From Euglena gracilis (Eukaryota), in NCBI GenBank assembly GCA_039621445.1, contig CP154954.1:39021816-39085815 (forward strand): 64,000 nucleotides of DNA, given 5' to 3'. Each line of letters starts with the position of its first letter. Position 1 is the first letter of the stretch. A program made the position numbers and the translations under genes. Positions 48,264 to 63,800 of the stretch are shown one piece after another. Below the pieces are notes generated by a model. It was not told the DNA's origin. It did not search any database and was given only the letters and a program-made list of their open reading frames with translations.

Positions 48264-48529
48264 CCTTGCGCCGGGCAAATCCGTTTTGTTGCCCAACTGT
48301 TCGAGGGCCCCAAAATAACAAAATCCCTTGTGTTACCCATCCTCATCAGGGCATTTTTTATGAAAGTTTGGCGGGGGGAATTGGCGGGAGACACCACTGG
48401 GGAGCAGAAGGACAAGTGCTACTTGATGCAACCTCAGACATTGTGAATGGTTTGCGCAATGTTGATGATCTGTTTCTGTTGACCCCAACAGCGAAATGCC
48501 CTGTCTTTGACTGCCTCTGCCAGCAGAGG

Positions 48530-48747
48530 GGGGGGGGTAGCAGTTTGACATTTGAGTACACTTTTACCATCATTTTTTGCGGTTCCATTTTTTCCTCTCA
48601 CCTTTCGGTCCCTGCAGCCCCCTGCTGTCAGGGCTGGGTTAGGGTTGGGGTTGGAGTCAGGATCGTGCATTCCACGGCCGCTTTTCCGGGCCTGCCAAAA
48701 AAAACTGTTGCGCAAAGTGTACCCAAGTGTCAAATTGCCACCCCCCC
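48530..48747. mobile_element. Small TIR element
   Basis: ggggggtagcagtttgacatttgagtacacttt / aaagtgtacccaagtgtcaaattgccacccccc. Confidence 0.65.
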
Positions 48748-48847
48748 CTGCGGGGGAGGGGGGGGGGCAGTTTGACACTCATTCTGGTTTCTTTTTTCTA
48801 CTTCAATCAGATGGTTCAAACGTTTTATTGAACTGAACAGTCTCCTG

Positions 48848-51800
48848 TTTTGGGGGGCAAATCCCTTTTGTTGCCCAACTGTTCGAGGGCCCCAAAATAA
48901 CAAAATCCCTTGTGTTACCCACCCGTTTTGGGGGGGGGGCAAATCCCTTTGGTTGCCGAACTGTTCGAGGGCCCCAAAATAACAAAATCCCTTGTGTTAC
49001 CCACCCGTTTTGGGGGGCAAATCCCTTTTGTTGCCCAACTGTTCGAGAGCCCCAAAACAACAAAATCCCTTGTGTTACCCACCTGTTTTGGGGGGCAAAT
49101 CCCTTTGGTTGCCGAACTGTTCGAGGGCCCCAAAATAACAAAATCCCTTGTGTTACCCATCCGTTTTGCGAGGCAGATCCCTTTGGTTGCCGAACTGTTC
49201 GAGGGCCCCAAAATAACAAAATCCCTTGTGTTACCCACCCGTTTTGGGGGGGCAAATCCCTTTGGTTGCCGAACTGTTTGAGGGCCCCAAAATAACAAAA
49301 TCCCTTGTGTTACCCACCCGTTTTGGGGGGCAAATCCCTTGTTTTACCCACCCGTTTTTTGGGGCAGATCCGTTTTGTTGCCCAACTGTTCGAGGGCCCC
49401 AAAACAACAAAATCCCTTGTGTTACCCACCCGTTTTGGGGGGGCAAATCCCTTTGGTTGCCCAACCGTTCGAGGGCCCCAAAACAACAAAATCCCTTGTG
49501 TTACCCACCCGTTTTGGGGGGGCAAATCCGTTTTGTTGCTCAACTGTTCGAGGGCCCCAAATCAACAAAATCCCTTGTATTACCCACCCGTTTTGGGGGT
49601 AGATCCCTTTTGTTGCCCAATGGTTCGAGGGCCCCAAAACAACAAAATCCCTTGTGTTACCCACCCGTTTTGGGGGGGCAAATCCCTTTGGTTGCCGAAC
49701 TGTTCGAGGGCCCCAAATCAACAAAATCCCTTGTGTTACCCACCCGTTTTGGGGGGGGCAAATCCGTTTTGTTGCTCAACTGTTCGAGGGCCCCAAAACA
49801 ACAAAATCCCTTGTGTTACCCACCCGTTTTGGGGGGGCAAATCCGTTTTGTTGCCGAACTGTTCGAGGGCCCCAAAACAACAAAATCCCTTGTGTTACCC
49901 ACCCGTTTTGGGGGGGGGCAAATCCCTTTGGTTGCCCAACTGTTCGAGGGCCCCAAAATAACAAAATCCCTTGTGTTACCCACCCGTTTTGCGGGGGCAA
50001 ATCCGTTTTGTTGCCCAACTGTTCGAGGGCCCCAAAACAACAAAATCCCTTGTGTTACCCACCCGTTTTGGGGGGCAAATCCCTTTGGTTGCCGAACTGT
50101 TCGAGGGCCCCAAAATAACAAAATCCCTTGTGTTACCCAGCCGTTTTGGGGGGCAAATCCCTTGTTGTACCCACCCGTTTTGTGGGGCAAATCCGTTTTG
50201 TTGCCCAACTGTTCGAGGGCCCCAAAACAACAAAATCCCTTGTGTTACCCACCCGTTTTGGGGGGCAAATCCCTTTGGTTGCCGAACTGTTCGAGGGCCC
50301 CAAAATAACAAAATCCCTTGTGTTACCCAACCGTTTTGGGGGGCATATCCCTTGTGTTGCCCAACGGTTCGAGGGCCCCAAAATAACAAAATCCCTTGTG
50401 TTACCCACCCGTTTTGGGGGGCAAATCCCTTTGGTTGCCGAACTGTTCGAGGGCCCCAAAATAACAAAATCCCTTGTGTTACCCATTCGTTTTGGGGGGC
50501 ATATCCCTTGTGTTGCCCAACTGTTCGAGGGCCCCAAAATAACAAAATCCCTTGTGTTACCCAACCGTTTTGGGGGGCAAATCCCTTTGGTTGCCGAACT
50601 GTTCGAGGGCCCCAAAATAACAAAATCCCTTGTGTTACCCATTCGTTTTGGGGGGCATATCCCTTGTGTTGCCCAACTGTTCGAGGGCCCCAAAATAACA
50701 AAATCCCTTGTGTTACCCAACCGTTTTGGGGGGCAAATCCCTTTGGTTGCCGAACTGTTCGAGGGCCCCAAAATAACAAAATCCCTTGTGTTACCCAGCC
50801 GTTTTGGGGGGCAAATCCCTTGTTGTACCCACCCGTTTTGTGGGGCAAATCCGTTTTGTTGCCCAACTGTTCGACGGCCCCAAAACAACAAAATCCCTTG
50901 TGTTACCCACCCGTTTTGGGGGGCAAATCCCTTTTGTTGCCCAACTGTTCGAGGGCCCCAAAACAACAAAATCCCTTGTGTTACCCACCCGTTTTGGGGG
51001 GGGGCAAAACCCTTTTGTTACCGAACTGTTCGAGGGCCCCAAAATAACAAAATCCCTTGTGTTACCCATTCGTTTTGGGGGGCAAATCCCTTTTGTTGCC
51101 GAACTGTTCGAGGGCCCCAAAACAACAAAATCCCTTGTGTTACCCACCCGTTTTGGGGGGGGCAAATCCGTTTTGTTGCCCAACTGTTCGAGGGCCCCAA
51201 AACAACAAAATCCCTTGTGTTACCCACCCGTTTTGGGGGGGCAAATCCCTTTGGTTGCCGAACTGTTCGAGGGCCCCAAATCAACAAAATCCCTTGTGTT
51301 ACCCACCCGTTTTGGGGGGGGGCAAATCCGTTTTGTTGCTCAACTGTTCGAGGGCCCCAAATCAACAAAATCCCTTGTGTTACCCACCCGTTTTGGGGGG
51401 GGGGCAAATCCCTTTGGTTGCCCAACTGTTCGAGGGCCCCAAAATAACAAAATCCCTTGTGTTACCCACCCGTTTTGGGGGGGCAAATCCCTTTTGTTGC
51501 CCAACTGTTCGAGGGCCCCAAAACAACAAAATCCCTTGTGTTACCCATTCGTTTTGGGGGGGCAAATCCCTTTTGTTGCTCAACGGTTCGAGGGCCCCAA
51601 AACAACAAAATCCCTTGTGTTACCCACCCGTTTTGGGGGGGGGGGGCAAATCCCTTTGGTTGCCCAACTGTTCGAGGGCCCCAAAATAACAAAATCCCTT
51701 GTGTTACCCATTCATTTTGGGGGGCAAATCCGTTTTGTTGCCGAACTGTTCGAGGGCCCCAAAACAACAAAATCCCTTGTGTTACCCACCCGTTTTGGGG

Positions 51801-54800
51801 GGGGGGGCAAATCCCTTTGGTTGCCCAACTGTTCGAGGGCCCCAAAATAACAAAATCCCTTGTGTTACCCACCCGTTTTGGGGGGCAAATCCCTTTGGTT
51901 GCCGAACTGTTCGAGGGCCCCAAAATAACAAAATCCCTTGTGTTACCCATTCGTTTTGGGGGGCAAATCCGTTTTGTTGCCGAACTGTTCGAGGGCCCCA
52001 AAACAACAAAATCCCTTGTGTTACCCACCCGTTTCGGGGGGGGCAAATCCCTTTGGTTGCCGAACTGTTCGAAGGCCCCAAAATAACAAAATCCCTAGTG
52101 TTACCCACCCGTTTTGGGGGCAAATCCCTTGTGTTACCCACCCTTTTTGGTTTTTTCGGGGGCAAACCCCTTTGGTTGGCGAACGGTTCGAGGGCCCCAA
52201 AATAACAAAATCCCTTGTGTTACCCACCCGTTTTGGGGGGCAAATCCCTTTGGTTGCCGAACTGTTCGAGGGCCCCAAAACAACAAAATCCCTTGTGTTA
52301 CCCATTCGTTTTGGGGGGGGCAAATCCCTTTTGTTGCTCAACGGTTCGAGGGCCCCAAAACAACAAAATCCCTGGTGTTACCCATTCGTTTTGGGGGGGG
52401 GCAAATCCCTTTGGTTGCCCAACTGTTCGAGGGCCCCAAAATAACAAAATCCCTTGTGTTACCCATTCGTTTTGGGGGGCAAATCCCTTTTGTTGCCGAA
52501 CTGTTCGAGAGCCCCAAAATAACAAAATCCCTTGTGTTACCCATTCGTTTCGGGGGGGGGGCAAATCCCTTTGGTTGCCGAACTGTTCGAGGGCCCCAAA
52601 ATAACAAAATCCCTTGTGTTACCCATTCGTTTTGGGGGGCAAATCCCTTGTGTTACCCACCCTTTTTGGTTTTTTTGGGGGCAAACCCCTTTGGTTGGCG
52701 AACGGTTCGAGGGCCCCAAAATAACAAAATCCCTTGTGTTACCCACCCGTTTTGGGGGGGCAAATCCCTTTGGTTGCCGAACTGTTCGAGGGCCCCAAAA
52801 TGACAAAATCCCTTGTGTTACCCATTCGTTTTGGGGGGCATATCCCTTGTGTTACACACCCGTTCTGGGGGGCAAATCCCTTTGGTTGCCGAACTGTTCG
52901 AGGGCCCCAAAATAACAAAATCCCTTGTGTTACCCAGCCGTTTTGGGGGGCAAATCCCTTGTTGTACCCACCCGTTTTGTGGGGCAAATCCGTTTTGTTG
53001 CCCAACTGTTCGACGGCCCCAAAACAACAAAATCCCTTGTGTTACCCACCCGTTTTTGGGGGGGCAAATCCCTTTGGTTGCCGAACTGTTTGAGGGCCCC
53101 AAAACAACAAAATCCCTTGTGTTACCCACCCGTTTTGGGGGGCAAATCCCTTTGGTTGGCGAACGGTTCGAGGGCCCCAAAATAACAAAATCCCTTGTGT
53201 TACCCACCCGTTTTGGGGGGCAAATCCCTTTGGTTGGCGAACGGTTCGAAGGCCCCAAAATAACAAAATCCCTTGTGTTACCCACCCGTTTTGGGGGGCA
53301 AATCCCTTTGGTTGCCGAACTGTTCGAGGGCCCCAAAACAACAAAATCCCTTGTGTTACCCACCCGTTTTGGGGGGCAAATCCCTTTTGTTGCCGAACTG
53401 TTCGAGGGCCCCAAAACAACAAAATCCCTTGTGTTACCCACCCGTTTTGGGGGGGGGGGCAAATCCGTTTTGTTGCCCAACTGTTCGAGGGCCCCAAAAC
53501 AACAAAATCCCTTGTGTTACCCACCCGTTTTGGGGGGCAAATCCCTTTTGTTGCCCAACTGTTCGAGGGCCCCAAAACAACAAAATCCCTTGTGTTACCC
53601 ACCCGTTTTGGGGGGGCAAATCCCTTTGTTGCCCAACTGTTCGAGGGCCCCAAAATAACAAAATCCCTTGTGTTACCCACCCGTTTTGGGGGGGCAAATC
53701 CCTTTGGTTGCCGAACTGTTCGAGGGCCCCAAAACAACAAAATCCCTTGTGTTACCCATTCGTTTTGGGGGGCAAATCCGTTTTGTTGCCCAACTGTTCG
53801 AGGGCCCCAAAACAACAAAATCCCTTGTGTTACCCACCCGTTTTGGGGGGCAAATCCCTTTGGTTGCCGAACTGTTCGAGGGCCCCAAAATAACAAAATC
53901 CCTTGTGTTACCCATTCGTTTTGGGGGGCAAATCCGTTTTGTTGCCCAACTGTTCGAGGGCCCCAAAACAACAAAATCCCTTGTGTTACCCACCCGTTTT
54001 GGGGGGCAAATCCCTTTTGTTGCCGAACTGTTCGAGGGCCCCAAAACAACAAAATCCCTTGTGTTACCCATTCGTTTTGGGGGGCATATCCCTTGTGTTA
54101 CACACCCGTTTTGGGGGGCAAATCCCTTTGGTTGCCGAACTGTTCGAGGGCCCCAAAATAACAAAATCCCTTGTGTTACCCACCCGTTTTGGGGGGCAAA
54201 TCCCTTTGGTTGCCGAACTGTTCGAGGGCCCCAAAATGACAAAATCCCTTGTGTTACCCATTCGTTTTGGGGGGCATATCCCTTGTGTTACCCACCCGTT
54301 TTGGGGGGGCAAATCCGTTTTGTTGCCCAACTGTTCGAGGGCCCCAAAACAACAAAATCCCTTGTGTTACCCACCCGTTTTGGGGGGGGGCAAATCCCTT
54401 TTGTTGCCCAACTGTTCGAGGGCCCCAAAACAACAAAATCCCTTGTGTTACCCACCCGTTTTGGGGGGGGCAAATCCCTTTGGTTGCCGAACTGTTCGAG
54501 GGCCCCAAAACAACAAAATCCCTTGTGTTACCCATTCGTTTTGGGGGGCATATCCCTTGTGTTACCCACCCGTTTTGGGGGGCAAATCCCTTTGGTTGCC
54601 GAACTGTTCGAGGGCCCCAAAATAACAAAATCCCTTGTGTTACCCACCCGTTTTGGGGGGGCAAATCCCTTTGGTTGCCGAACTGTTCGAGGGCCCCAAA
54701 ATGACAAAATCCCTTGTGTTACCCATTCGTTTTGGGGGGCATATCCCTTGTGTTACCCACCCGTTTTGGGGGGGCAAATCCGTTTTGTTGCCCAACTGTT

Positions 54801-57800
54801 CGAGGGCCCCAAAATAACAAAATCCCTTGTGTTACCCACCCGTTTTGGGGGGGCAAATCCCTTTGGTTGCCCAACTGTTCGAGGGCCCCAAAACAACAAA
54901 ATCCCTTGTGTTACCCACCCGTTTTGGGGGGGCAAATCCGTTTTGTTGCCCAACTGTTCGAGGGCCCCAAAACAACAAAATCCCTTGTGTTACCCACCCG
55001 TTTTGGGGGGGCAAATCCCTTTTGTTGCCCAACTGTTCGAGGGCCCCAAAACAACAAAATCCCTTGTGTTGCCCACCCGTTTTGGGGGGGGCAAATCCCT
55101 TTGGTTGCCGAACTGTTCGAGGGCCCCAAAACAACAAAATCCCTTGTGTTACCCACCCGTTTTGGGGGGGGGCAAATCCCTTTGGTTGCCGAACTGTTCG
55201 AGGGCCCCAAAACAACAAAATCCCTTGTGTTACCCACCCGTTTTGGGGGGGCAAAACCCTTTTGTTACCGAACTGTTCGAGGGCCCAAAATAACAAAATC
55301 CCTTGTGTTACCCATTCGTTTTGGGGGGTAAATCCCTTTGGTTGCCAAACGGTTCGAGGGCCCCAAAATAACAAAATCCCTTGTGTTACCCACCCGTTTT
55401 GGGGGGCAAATCCCTTTGGTTGCCGAACTGTTCGAGGGCCCCAAAACAACAAAATCCCTTGTGTTACCCACCCGTTTTGGGGGGCAAACCCCTTTGGTTG
55501 GCGAACGGTTCGAGGGCCCCAAAACAACAAAATCCCTTGTGTTACCCACCCGTTTTGGGGGGCAAATCCGTTTTGTTGCCCAACTGTTCGAGGGCCCCAA
55601 AATACTAAAATCCCTTGTGTTACCCACCCGTTTTGGGGGGGCAAATCCCTTTTGTTGCCCAACTGTTCGAGGGCCCCAAAACAACAAAATCCCTTGTGTT
55701 ACCCATTCGTTTTGGGGGGCAAATCCGTTTTGTTGCCCAACTGTTTGAGGGCCCCAAAATAACAAAATCCCTTGTGTTACCCACCCGTTTTGGGGGGGCA
55801 AATCCCTTTGGTTGCCGAACTGTTCGAGGGCCCCAAAAGAACAAAATCCCTTGTGTTACCCATTCATTTTGGGGGGCAAATCCGTTTTGTTGCCCAACTG
55901 TTCGAGGGCCCCAAAACAACAAAATCCCTTGTGTTACCCACCCGTTTTGGGGGGGGCAAATCCCTTTGGTTGCCGAACTGTTCGAGGGCCCCAAAACAAC
56001 AAAATCCCTTGTGTTACCCATTCGTTTTGGGGGGCATATCCCTTGTGTTACCCACCCGTTTTGGGGGGCAAATCCCTTTGGTTGCCGAACTGTTCGATTG
56101 CCCCAAAATAACAAAATCCCTTGTATTACCCACCCGTTTGGGGGGGCAAATCCCTTTGGTTGCCGAACTGTTCGAGGGCCCCAAAATGACAAAATCCCTT
56201 GTGTTACCCATTCGTTTTGGGGGGCATATCCCTTGTGTTACCCACCCGTTTTGGGGGGGCAAATCCGTTTTGTTGCCCAACTGTTCGAGGGCCCCAAAAC
56301 AACAAAATCCCTTGTTTTACCCACCCGTTTTGGGGGGGGGCAAATCCCTTTTGTTGCCCAACTGTTCGAGGGCCCCAAAACAACAAAATCCCTTGTGTTG
56401 CCCACCCGTTTTGGGGGGGGCAAATCCCTTTGGTTGCCGAACTGTTCGAGGGCCCCAAAACAACAATATCCCTTGTGTTACCCATTCGTTTTGGGGGGCA
56501 TATCCCTTGTGTTACCCACCCGTTTTGGGGGGCAAATCCCTTTGGTTGCCGAACTGTTCGATTGCCCCAAAATAACAAAATCCCTTGTGTTACCCACCCG
56601 TTTGGGGGGGCAAATCCCTTTGGTTGCCGAACTGTTCGAGGGCCCCAAAATGACAAAATCCCTTGTGTTACCCATTCGTTTTGGGGGGCATATCCCTTGT
56701 GTTACCCACCCGTTTTGGGGGGGCAAATCCGTTTTGTTGCCCAACTGTTCGAGGGCCCCAAAACAACGAAATCCCTTGTGTTACCCATTCGTTTTGGGGG
56801 GGCAAATCCCTTTGGTTGCCCAACTGTTCGAGGGCCCCAAAACAACAAAATCCCTTGTGTTACCCACCCGTTTTGGGGGGGGCAAATCCGTTTTGTTGCC
56901 CAACTGTTCGAGGGCCCCAAAACAACAAAATCCCTTGTGTTGCCCACCCGTTTTGGGGGGGGCAAATCCCTTTGGTTGCCGAACTGTTCGAGGGCCCCAA
57001 AACAACAAAATCCCTTGTGTTACCCACCCGTTTTGGGGGGGGCAAATCCCTTTGGTTGCCGAACTGTTCGAGGGCCCCAAAATAACAAAATCCCTTGTGT
57101 TACACACCCGTTTTGTGGGACAAACCCCTTTGTTTGGCGAACGGTTCGAGGGCCCCAAAATAACAAAATCCCTTGTGTTACCCATTCATTTTGGGGGGGG
57201 CAAATCCGTTTTGTTGCCCAACTGTTCGAGGGCCCCAAAACAACAATATCCCTTGTGTTACCCATTCGTTTTGGGGGGGCAAATCCGTTTTGTTGCCCAA
57301 CTGTTCGAGGGCCCCAAAACAACAGAATCCCTTGTGTTGCCCACCCGTTTTGGGGGGGGCAAATCCCTTTGGTTGCCGAACTGTTCGAGGGCCCCAAAAT
57401 AACAAAATCCCTTGTGTTACCCATTCATTTTGGGGGGCAAATCCGTTTTGTTGCCGAACTGTTCGAGGGCCCCAAAACAACAAAATCCCTTGTGTTACCC
57501 ACCCGTTTTGGGGGGGGGGGCAAATCCCTTTGGTTGCCCAACTGTTCGAGGGCCCCAAAATAACAAAATCCCTTGTGTTACCCACCCGTTTTGGGGGGCA
57601 AATCCCTTTGGTTGCCGAACTGTTCGAGGGCCCCAAAATAACAAAATCCCTTGTGTTACCCATTCGTTTTGGGGGGCAAATCCGTTTTGTTGCCGAACTG
57701 TTCGAGGGCCCCAAAACAACAAAATCCCTTGTGTTACCCACCCGTTTCGGGGGGGGCAAATCCCTTTGGTTGCCGAACTGTTCGAAGGCCCCAAAATAAC

Positions 57801-60800
57801 AAAATCCCTAGTGTTACCCACCCGTTTTGGGGGGCAAATCCCTTGTGTTACCCACCCTTTTTGGTTTTTTTGGGGGCAAACCCCTTTGGTTGGCGAACGG
57901 TTCGAGGGCCCCAAAATAACAAAATCCCTTGTGTTACCCACCCGTTTCGGGGGGGCAAATCCCTTTGGTTGCCGAACTGTTCGAGGGCCCCAAAACAACA
58001 AAATCCCTTGTGTTACCCATTCGTTTTGGGGGGGGCAAATCCCTTTTGTTGCTCAACGGTTCGAGGGCCCCAAAACAACAAAATCCCTTGTGTTACCCAT
58101 TCGTTTTGGGGGGGGGGCAAATCCCTTTGGTTGCCCAACTGTTCGAGGGCCCCAAAATAACAAAATCCCTTGTGTTACCCATTCGTTTTGGGGGGCAAAT
58201 CCCTTTTGTTGCCGAACTGTTCGAGAGCCCCAAAATAACAAAATCCCTTGTGTTACCCACCCGTTTCGGGGGGGGGGGCAAATCCCTTTGGTTGCCGAAC
58301 TGTTCGAAGGCCCCAAAATAACAAAATCCCTAGTGTTACCCACCCGTTTTGGGGGGCAAATCCCTTGTGTTACCCACCCTTTTTGGTTTTTTTGGGGGCA
58401 AACCCCTTTGGTTGGCGAACGGTTCGAGGGCCCCAAAATAACAAAATCCCTTGTGTTACCCACCCGTTTTGGGGGGGCAAATCCCTTTGGTTGCCGAACT
58501 GTTCGAGGGCCCCAAAATGACAAAATCCCTTGTGTTACCCATTCGTTTTGGGGGGCATATCCCTTGTGTTACACACCCGTTCTGGGGGGCAAATCCCTTT
58601 GGTTGCCGAACTGTTCGAGGGCCCCAAAATAACAAGATCCCTTGTGTTACCCACCCGTTTTGGGGGGCAAATCCCTTGTTGTACCCACCCGTTTTGTGGG
58701 GCAAATCCGTTTTGTTGCCCAACTGTTCGAGGGCCCCAAAACAACAAAATCCCTTGTGTTACCCACCCGTTTTGGGGGGGCAAATCCCTTTGGTTGCCGA
58801 ACTGTTCGAGGGCCCCAAAACAACAAAATCCCTTGTGTTACCCACCCGTTTTGGGGGGCAAATCCCTTTGGTTGGCGAACGGTTCGAGGGCCCCAAAATA
58901 ACAAAATCCCTTGTGTTACCCACCCGTTTCGGGGGGCAAATCCCTTTGGTTGGCGAACGGTTCGAAGGCCCCAAAATAACAAAATCCCTTGTGTTACCCA
59001 CCCGTTTTGGGGGGCAAATCCCTTTGGTTGCCCAACTGTTCGAGGGCCCCAAAACAACAAAATCCCTTGTGTTACCCACCCGTTTTGGGGGGCAAATCCG
59101 TTTTGTTGCCCAACTGTTCGAGGGCCCCAAAACAACAAAATCCCTTGTGTTACCCACCCGTTTTGGGGGGCAAATCCCTTTGGTTGGCGAACGGTTCGAG
59201 GGCCCCAAAACAACAAAATCCCTTGTGTTACCCACCCGTTTTGGGGGGGCAAATCCGTTTTGTTGCCCAACTGTTCGAGGGCCCCAAAATACTAAAATCC
59301 CTTGTGTTACCCACCCGTTTTGGGGGGGCAAATCCCTTTTGTTGCCCAACTGTTCGAGGGCCCCAAAACAACAAAATCCCTTGTGTTACCCATTCGTTTT
59401 GGGGGGCAAATCCGTTTTGTTGCCCAACTGTTCGAGGGCCCCAAAATAACAAAATCCCTTGTGTTACCCACCCGTTTTGGGGGGGCAAATCCCTTTGGTT
59501 GCCGAACTGTTCGAGGGCCCCAAAACAACAAAATCCCTTGTGTTACCCATTCATTTTGGGGGGCAAATCCGTTTTGTTGCCCAACTGTTCGAGGGCCCCA
59601 AAACAACAAAATCCCTTGTGTTACCCACCCGTTTTGGGGGGGGCAAATCCCTTTGGTTGCCGAACTGTTCGAGGGCCCCAAAATAACAAAATCCCTTGTG
59701 TTACCCATTCGTTTTGGGGGGCAAATCCGTTTTGTTGCCCAACTGTTCGAGGGCCCCAAAACAACAAAATCCCTTGTGTTACCCACCCGTTTTGGGGGGC
59801 AAATCCCTTTTGCTGCCGAACTGTTCGAGGGCCCCAAAACAACAAAATCCCTTGTGTTACCCATTCGTTTTGGGGGGCATATCCCTTGTGTTACCCACCC
59901 GTTTTGGGGGGCAAATCCCTTTGGTTGCCGAACTGTTCGATTGCCCCAAAATAACAAAATCCCTTGTATTACCCACCCGTTTGGGGGGGCAAATCCCTTT
60001 GGTTGCCGAACTGTTCGAGGGCCCCAAAATGACAAAATCCCTTGTGTTACCCATTCGTTTTGGGGGGCATATCCCTTGTGTTACACACCCGTTTTGGGGG
60101 GCAAATCCGTTTTGTTGCCCAACTGTTCGAGGGCCCCAAAACAACAAAATCCCTTGTTTTACCCACCCGTTTTGGGGGGGGGGCAAATCCCTTTTGTTGC
60201 CCAACTGTTCGAGGGCCCCAAAACAACAAAATCCCTTGTGTTGCCCACCCGTTTTTGGGGGCAAATCCCTTTGGTTGCCGAACTGTTCGAGGGCCCAAAA
60301 TAACAAAATCCCTTGTGTTACCCATTCGTTTTGGGGGGTAAATCCCTTTTTTGAGGGCCCCAAAACACCACATCCCTTGTGTTACCCACCCGTTTTGGGG
60401 GGCAAATCCCTTTGGTTGCCGAACTGTTCGAGGGCCCCAAAATAACAAAATCCCTTGTGTTACCCACCCGTTTTGGGGGGCAAATCCGTTTTGGGGGGGC
60501 AAATCCCAACTGTTCGAGGGCCCCAAAATAACAAAATCCCTTGTGTTACCCACCCGTTTTGGGGGGGCAAATCCCTTTGTTGCCCGAACTGTTCGAGGGC
60601 CCCAAAACAACAAAATCCCTTGTGTTACCCACCCGTTTTGGGGGGGGCAAATCCCTTTGGTTGCCCAACTGTTCGAGGGCCCCAAAACAACAAAATCCCT
60701 TGTGTTACCCACCCGTTTTGGGGGGGCAAATCCCTTTTGTTGCCCAACTGTTCGAGGGCCCCAAAACAACAAAATCCCTTGTGTTACCCACCCGTTTTGG

Positions 60801-63800
60801 GGGGGGCAAATCCCTTTGGTTGCCGAACTGTTCGAGGGCCCCAAAACAACAAAATCCCTTGTGTTACCCACCCGTTTTGGGGGGGCAAATCCCTTTGTTG
60901 CCCAACTGTTCGAGGGCCCCAAAACAACAAAATCCCTTGTGTTACCCACCCGTTTTGGGGGGGCAAATCCCTTTTGTTGCCGAACTGTTCGAGGGCCCCA
61001 AAACAACAAAATCCCTTGTGTTACCCACCCGTTTTGGGGGGGCAAATCCATTTTGCTGACGAACTGTTCGAGGTCCCCAAACTAACAAACTCCCTTTTTT
61101 TACCCCCCCCTTTTTGGGGGGGGGGAAACCCTTTTGTTGCCCAACTGTTCGAGGGCCCCAAAACAACAAAATCCCTTGTGTTACCCACCCGTTTTGGGGG
61201 GCAAATCCCTTTGGTTGCCGAACTGTTCGAGGGCCCCAAAATAACAAAATCCCTTGTGTTACCCACCCGTTTTGGGGGGGCAAATCCCTTTGGTTGCCCA
61301 ACTGTTCGAGGGCCCCAAAACAACAAAATCCCTTGTGTTACCCACCCGTTTTGGGGGGCAAATCCCTTTTGCTGCCGAACTGTTCGAGGGCCCCAAAACA
61401 ACAAAATCCCTTGTGTTACCCACCCGTTTTGGGGGGGCAAATCCCTTTGGTTGCCCAACTGTTCGAGGGCCCCAAAACAACAAAATCCCTTGTTTTACCC
61501 ACCCGTTTTGGGGGGGGCAAATCCCTTTGGTTGCCGAACTGTTCGAGGGCCCCAAAACAACAAAATCCCTTGTGTTACCCACCCGTTTTGGGGGGGGCAA
61601 ATCCCTTTAAAATCCCTTGTGTTACCCACCCGTTTTGGGGGGGGGGCAAATCCGTTTTGTTGCCCAACTGTTCGAGGGCCCCAAAATAACAAAATCCCTT
61701 GTGTTACCCACCCGTTTTGGGGGGGGGGCAAATCCCTTTGGTTGCCGAACTGTTCGAGGGCCCCAAAATAACAAAATCCCTTGTGTTACCCACCCGTTTT
61801 GGGGGGGCAAATCCGTTTTGTTGCCCAACTGTTCGAGGGCCCCAAAACAACAATATCCCTTGTGTTACCCATTCGTTTTGGGGGGGGCAAATCCGTTTTG
61901 TTGCCCAACTGTTCGAGGGCCCTAAAACAACAGAATCCCTTGTGTTACCCACCCGTTTTGGGGGGGGCAAATCCCTTTGGTTGCCGAACTGTTCGAGGGC
62001 CCCAAAATAACAAAATCCCTTGTGTTACACACCCGTTTTGTGGGACAAACCCCTTTGTTTGGCGAACGGTTCGAGGGCCCCAAAATAACAAAATCCCTTG
62101 TGTTACCCATTCATTTTGGGGGGGCAAATCCGTTTTGTTGCCCAACTGTTCGAGGGCCCCAAAACAACAATATCCCTTGTGTTACCCATTCATTTTGGGG
62201 GGGCAAATCCGTTTTGTTGCCCAACTGTTCGAGGGCCCCAAAACAACAGAATCCCTTGTGTTGCCCACCCGTTTTGTGGGACAAACCCCTTTGTTTGGCG
62301 AACGCTTCGAGGGCCCCAAAATAACAAAATCCCTTGTGTTACCCATTCATTTTGGGGGGGCAAATCCGTTTTGTTGCCCAACTGTTCGAGGGCCCCAAAA
62401 CAACAATATCCCTTGTGTTACCCATTCGTTTTGGGGGGGCAAATCCGTTTTGTTGCCCAACTGTTCGAGGGCCCCAAAACAACAGAATCCCTTGTGTTGC
62501 CCACCCGTTTTGGGGGGGGGGGGCAAATCCCTTTGGTTGCCGAACTGTTCGAGGGCCCCAAAATAACAAAATCCCTTGTGTTACACACCCGTTTTGTGGA
62601 ACAAACCCCTTTGTTTGGCGAACGGTTCGAGGGCCCAAAACAACAATATCCCTTGTGTTACCCATTCATTTTGGGGGGGCAAATCCGTTTTGTTGCCCAA
62701 CTGTTCGAGGGCCCCAAAACAACAGAATCCCTTGTGTTGCCCACCCGTTTTGGGGGGGGGGAAAATCCCTTTGGTTGCCGAACTGTTCGAGGGCCCCAAA
62801 ACAACAAAATCCCTTGTGTTACCCACCCGTTTTGGGGGGGCAAATACCTTTGGTTGCCGAACTGTTCGAGGGCCCCAAAATAACAAAATCCCTTGTGTTA
62901 CACACCCGTTTTGTGGGACAAACCCCTTTGTTTGGCGAACGGTTCGAGGGCCCCAAAATAACAAAATCCCTTGTGTTACCCATTCATTTTGGGGGGGGCA
63001 AATCCGTTTTGTTGCCCAACTGTTCGAGGGCCCCAAAACAACAATATCCCTTGTGTTACCCATTCGTTTTGGGGGGGCAAATCCGTTTTGTTGCCCAACT
63101 GTTCGAGGGCCCCAAAACAACAGAATCCCTTGTGTTACCCACCCGTTTTGGGGGGGCAAATCCCTTTGGTTGCCGAACTGTTCGAGGGCCCCAAAATAAC
63201 AAAATCCCTTGTGTTACACACCCGTTTTGTGGGACAAACCCCTTTGTTTGGCGAACGGTTCGAGGGCCCCAAAACAACAATATCCCTTGTGTTACCCATT
63301 CATTTTGGGGGGGGCAAATCCGTTTTGTTGCCCAACTGTTCGAGGGCCCCAAAACAACAATATCCCTTGTGTCACCCATTCATTTTGGGCGGGCAAATCC
63401 GTTTTGTTGCCCAACTGTTCGAGGGCCCCAAAACAACAGAATCCCTTGTGTTGCCCACCCGTTTTGTGGGACAAACGCCTTTGTTTGGCGAACGGTTCGA
63501 GGGCCCCAAAATAACAAAATCCCTTGTGTTACCCATTCATTTTGGGGGGGCAAATCCGTTTTGTTGCCCAACTGTTCGAGGGCCCCAAAACAACAATATC
63601 CCTTGTGTTACCCATTCGTTTTGGGGGGGCAAATCCGTTTTGTTGCCCAACTGTTCGAGGGCCCCAAAACAACAAGATCCCTTGTGTTACCCACCCGTTT
63701 TGGGGGGGGGGGCAAATCCCTTTTGTTGCCCAACTGTTCGAGGGCCCCAAAATAACAAAATCCCTTGTGTTACCCACCCGTTTTGGGGGGGCAAATCCCT

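Noticed and set aside
48340-48520. Unique coding-like island between satellite units
   Set aside because: Short, with no recognisable motif or splice context.
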